DNA of 64,000 nt, taken from IMG/VR virus record IMGVR_UViG_3300036886_000214, positions 445 through 64,444 of that record; one strand, 5' to 3'. Below are positions 63,962 through 64,000 of the stretch, in pieces. The DNA is from a virus (Duplodnaviria; Caudoviricetes). The notes beneath the pieces were generated by a model, which ran no database searches, was not told the DNA's origin, and saw only the letters and a program-made list of their open reading frames with translations. The stretch's first letter is position 1, and each line of letters opens with the position of its first letter. A program made the translations under genes and the position numbers.

Positions 63962-64000
63962 TAAATCATCCTTATTTTCTTTTAATAAATTACGAAACCA

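Overview
AT-rich tailed-phage (Caudoviricetes, podovirus-like) genome or near-complete genome segment that looks like a temperate phage-plasmid. Layout: a dense array of small early/accessory genes (0.5-8 kb); a Cro/CI-like switch; tRNA cluster 1, csrA and a type Ib-like ParA + small RHH partner with palindromic sites (9.8-13.6 kb); a replication initiator with internal iterons and a putative antisense-RNA/leader-peptide control; YqaJ-RecT-SSB-like recombination genes and VRR-NUC (16-19 kb); a minus-strand virion module (ejection proteins, many fibres, adaptor/nozzle, major capsid, scaffold, GroES-like, portal; 19-48.6 kb); TerL, an OmpA-like barrel, a DIP1984-like protein, TerS candidate, metallophosphoesterase + Tpt1/KptA, tRNA cluster 2, DnaA boxes, an 11-bp repeat and a FimB-like recombinase. 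The most unusual content is non-coding: several aberrant tRNAs and tRNA-mimic RNAs beside RNA end-healing enzymes; a ~280-nt CCA-ending, YAAG-repeat-rich putative RNA with an embedded initiator-like tRNA directly upstream of the DIP1984-like gene; and a tandem covarying pseudoknot in the capsid-operon leader. All product calls are motif recognition by eye and all RNA folds are hand-derived; no searches were run.
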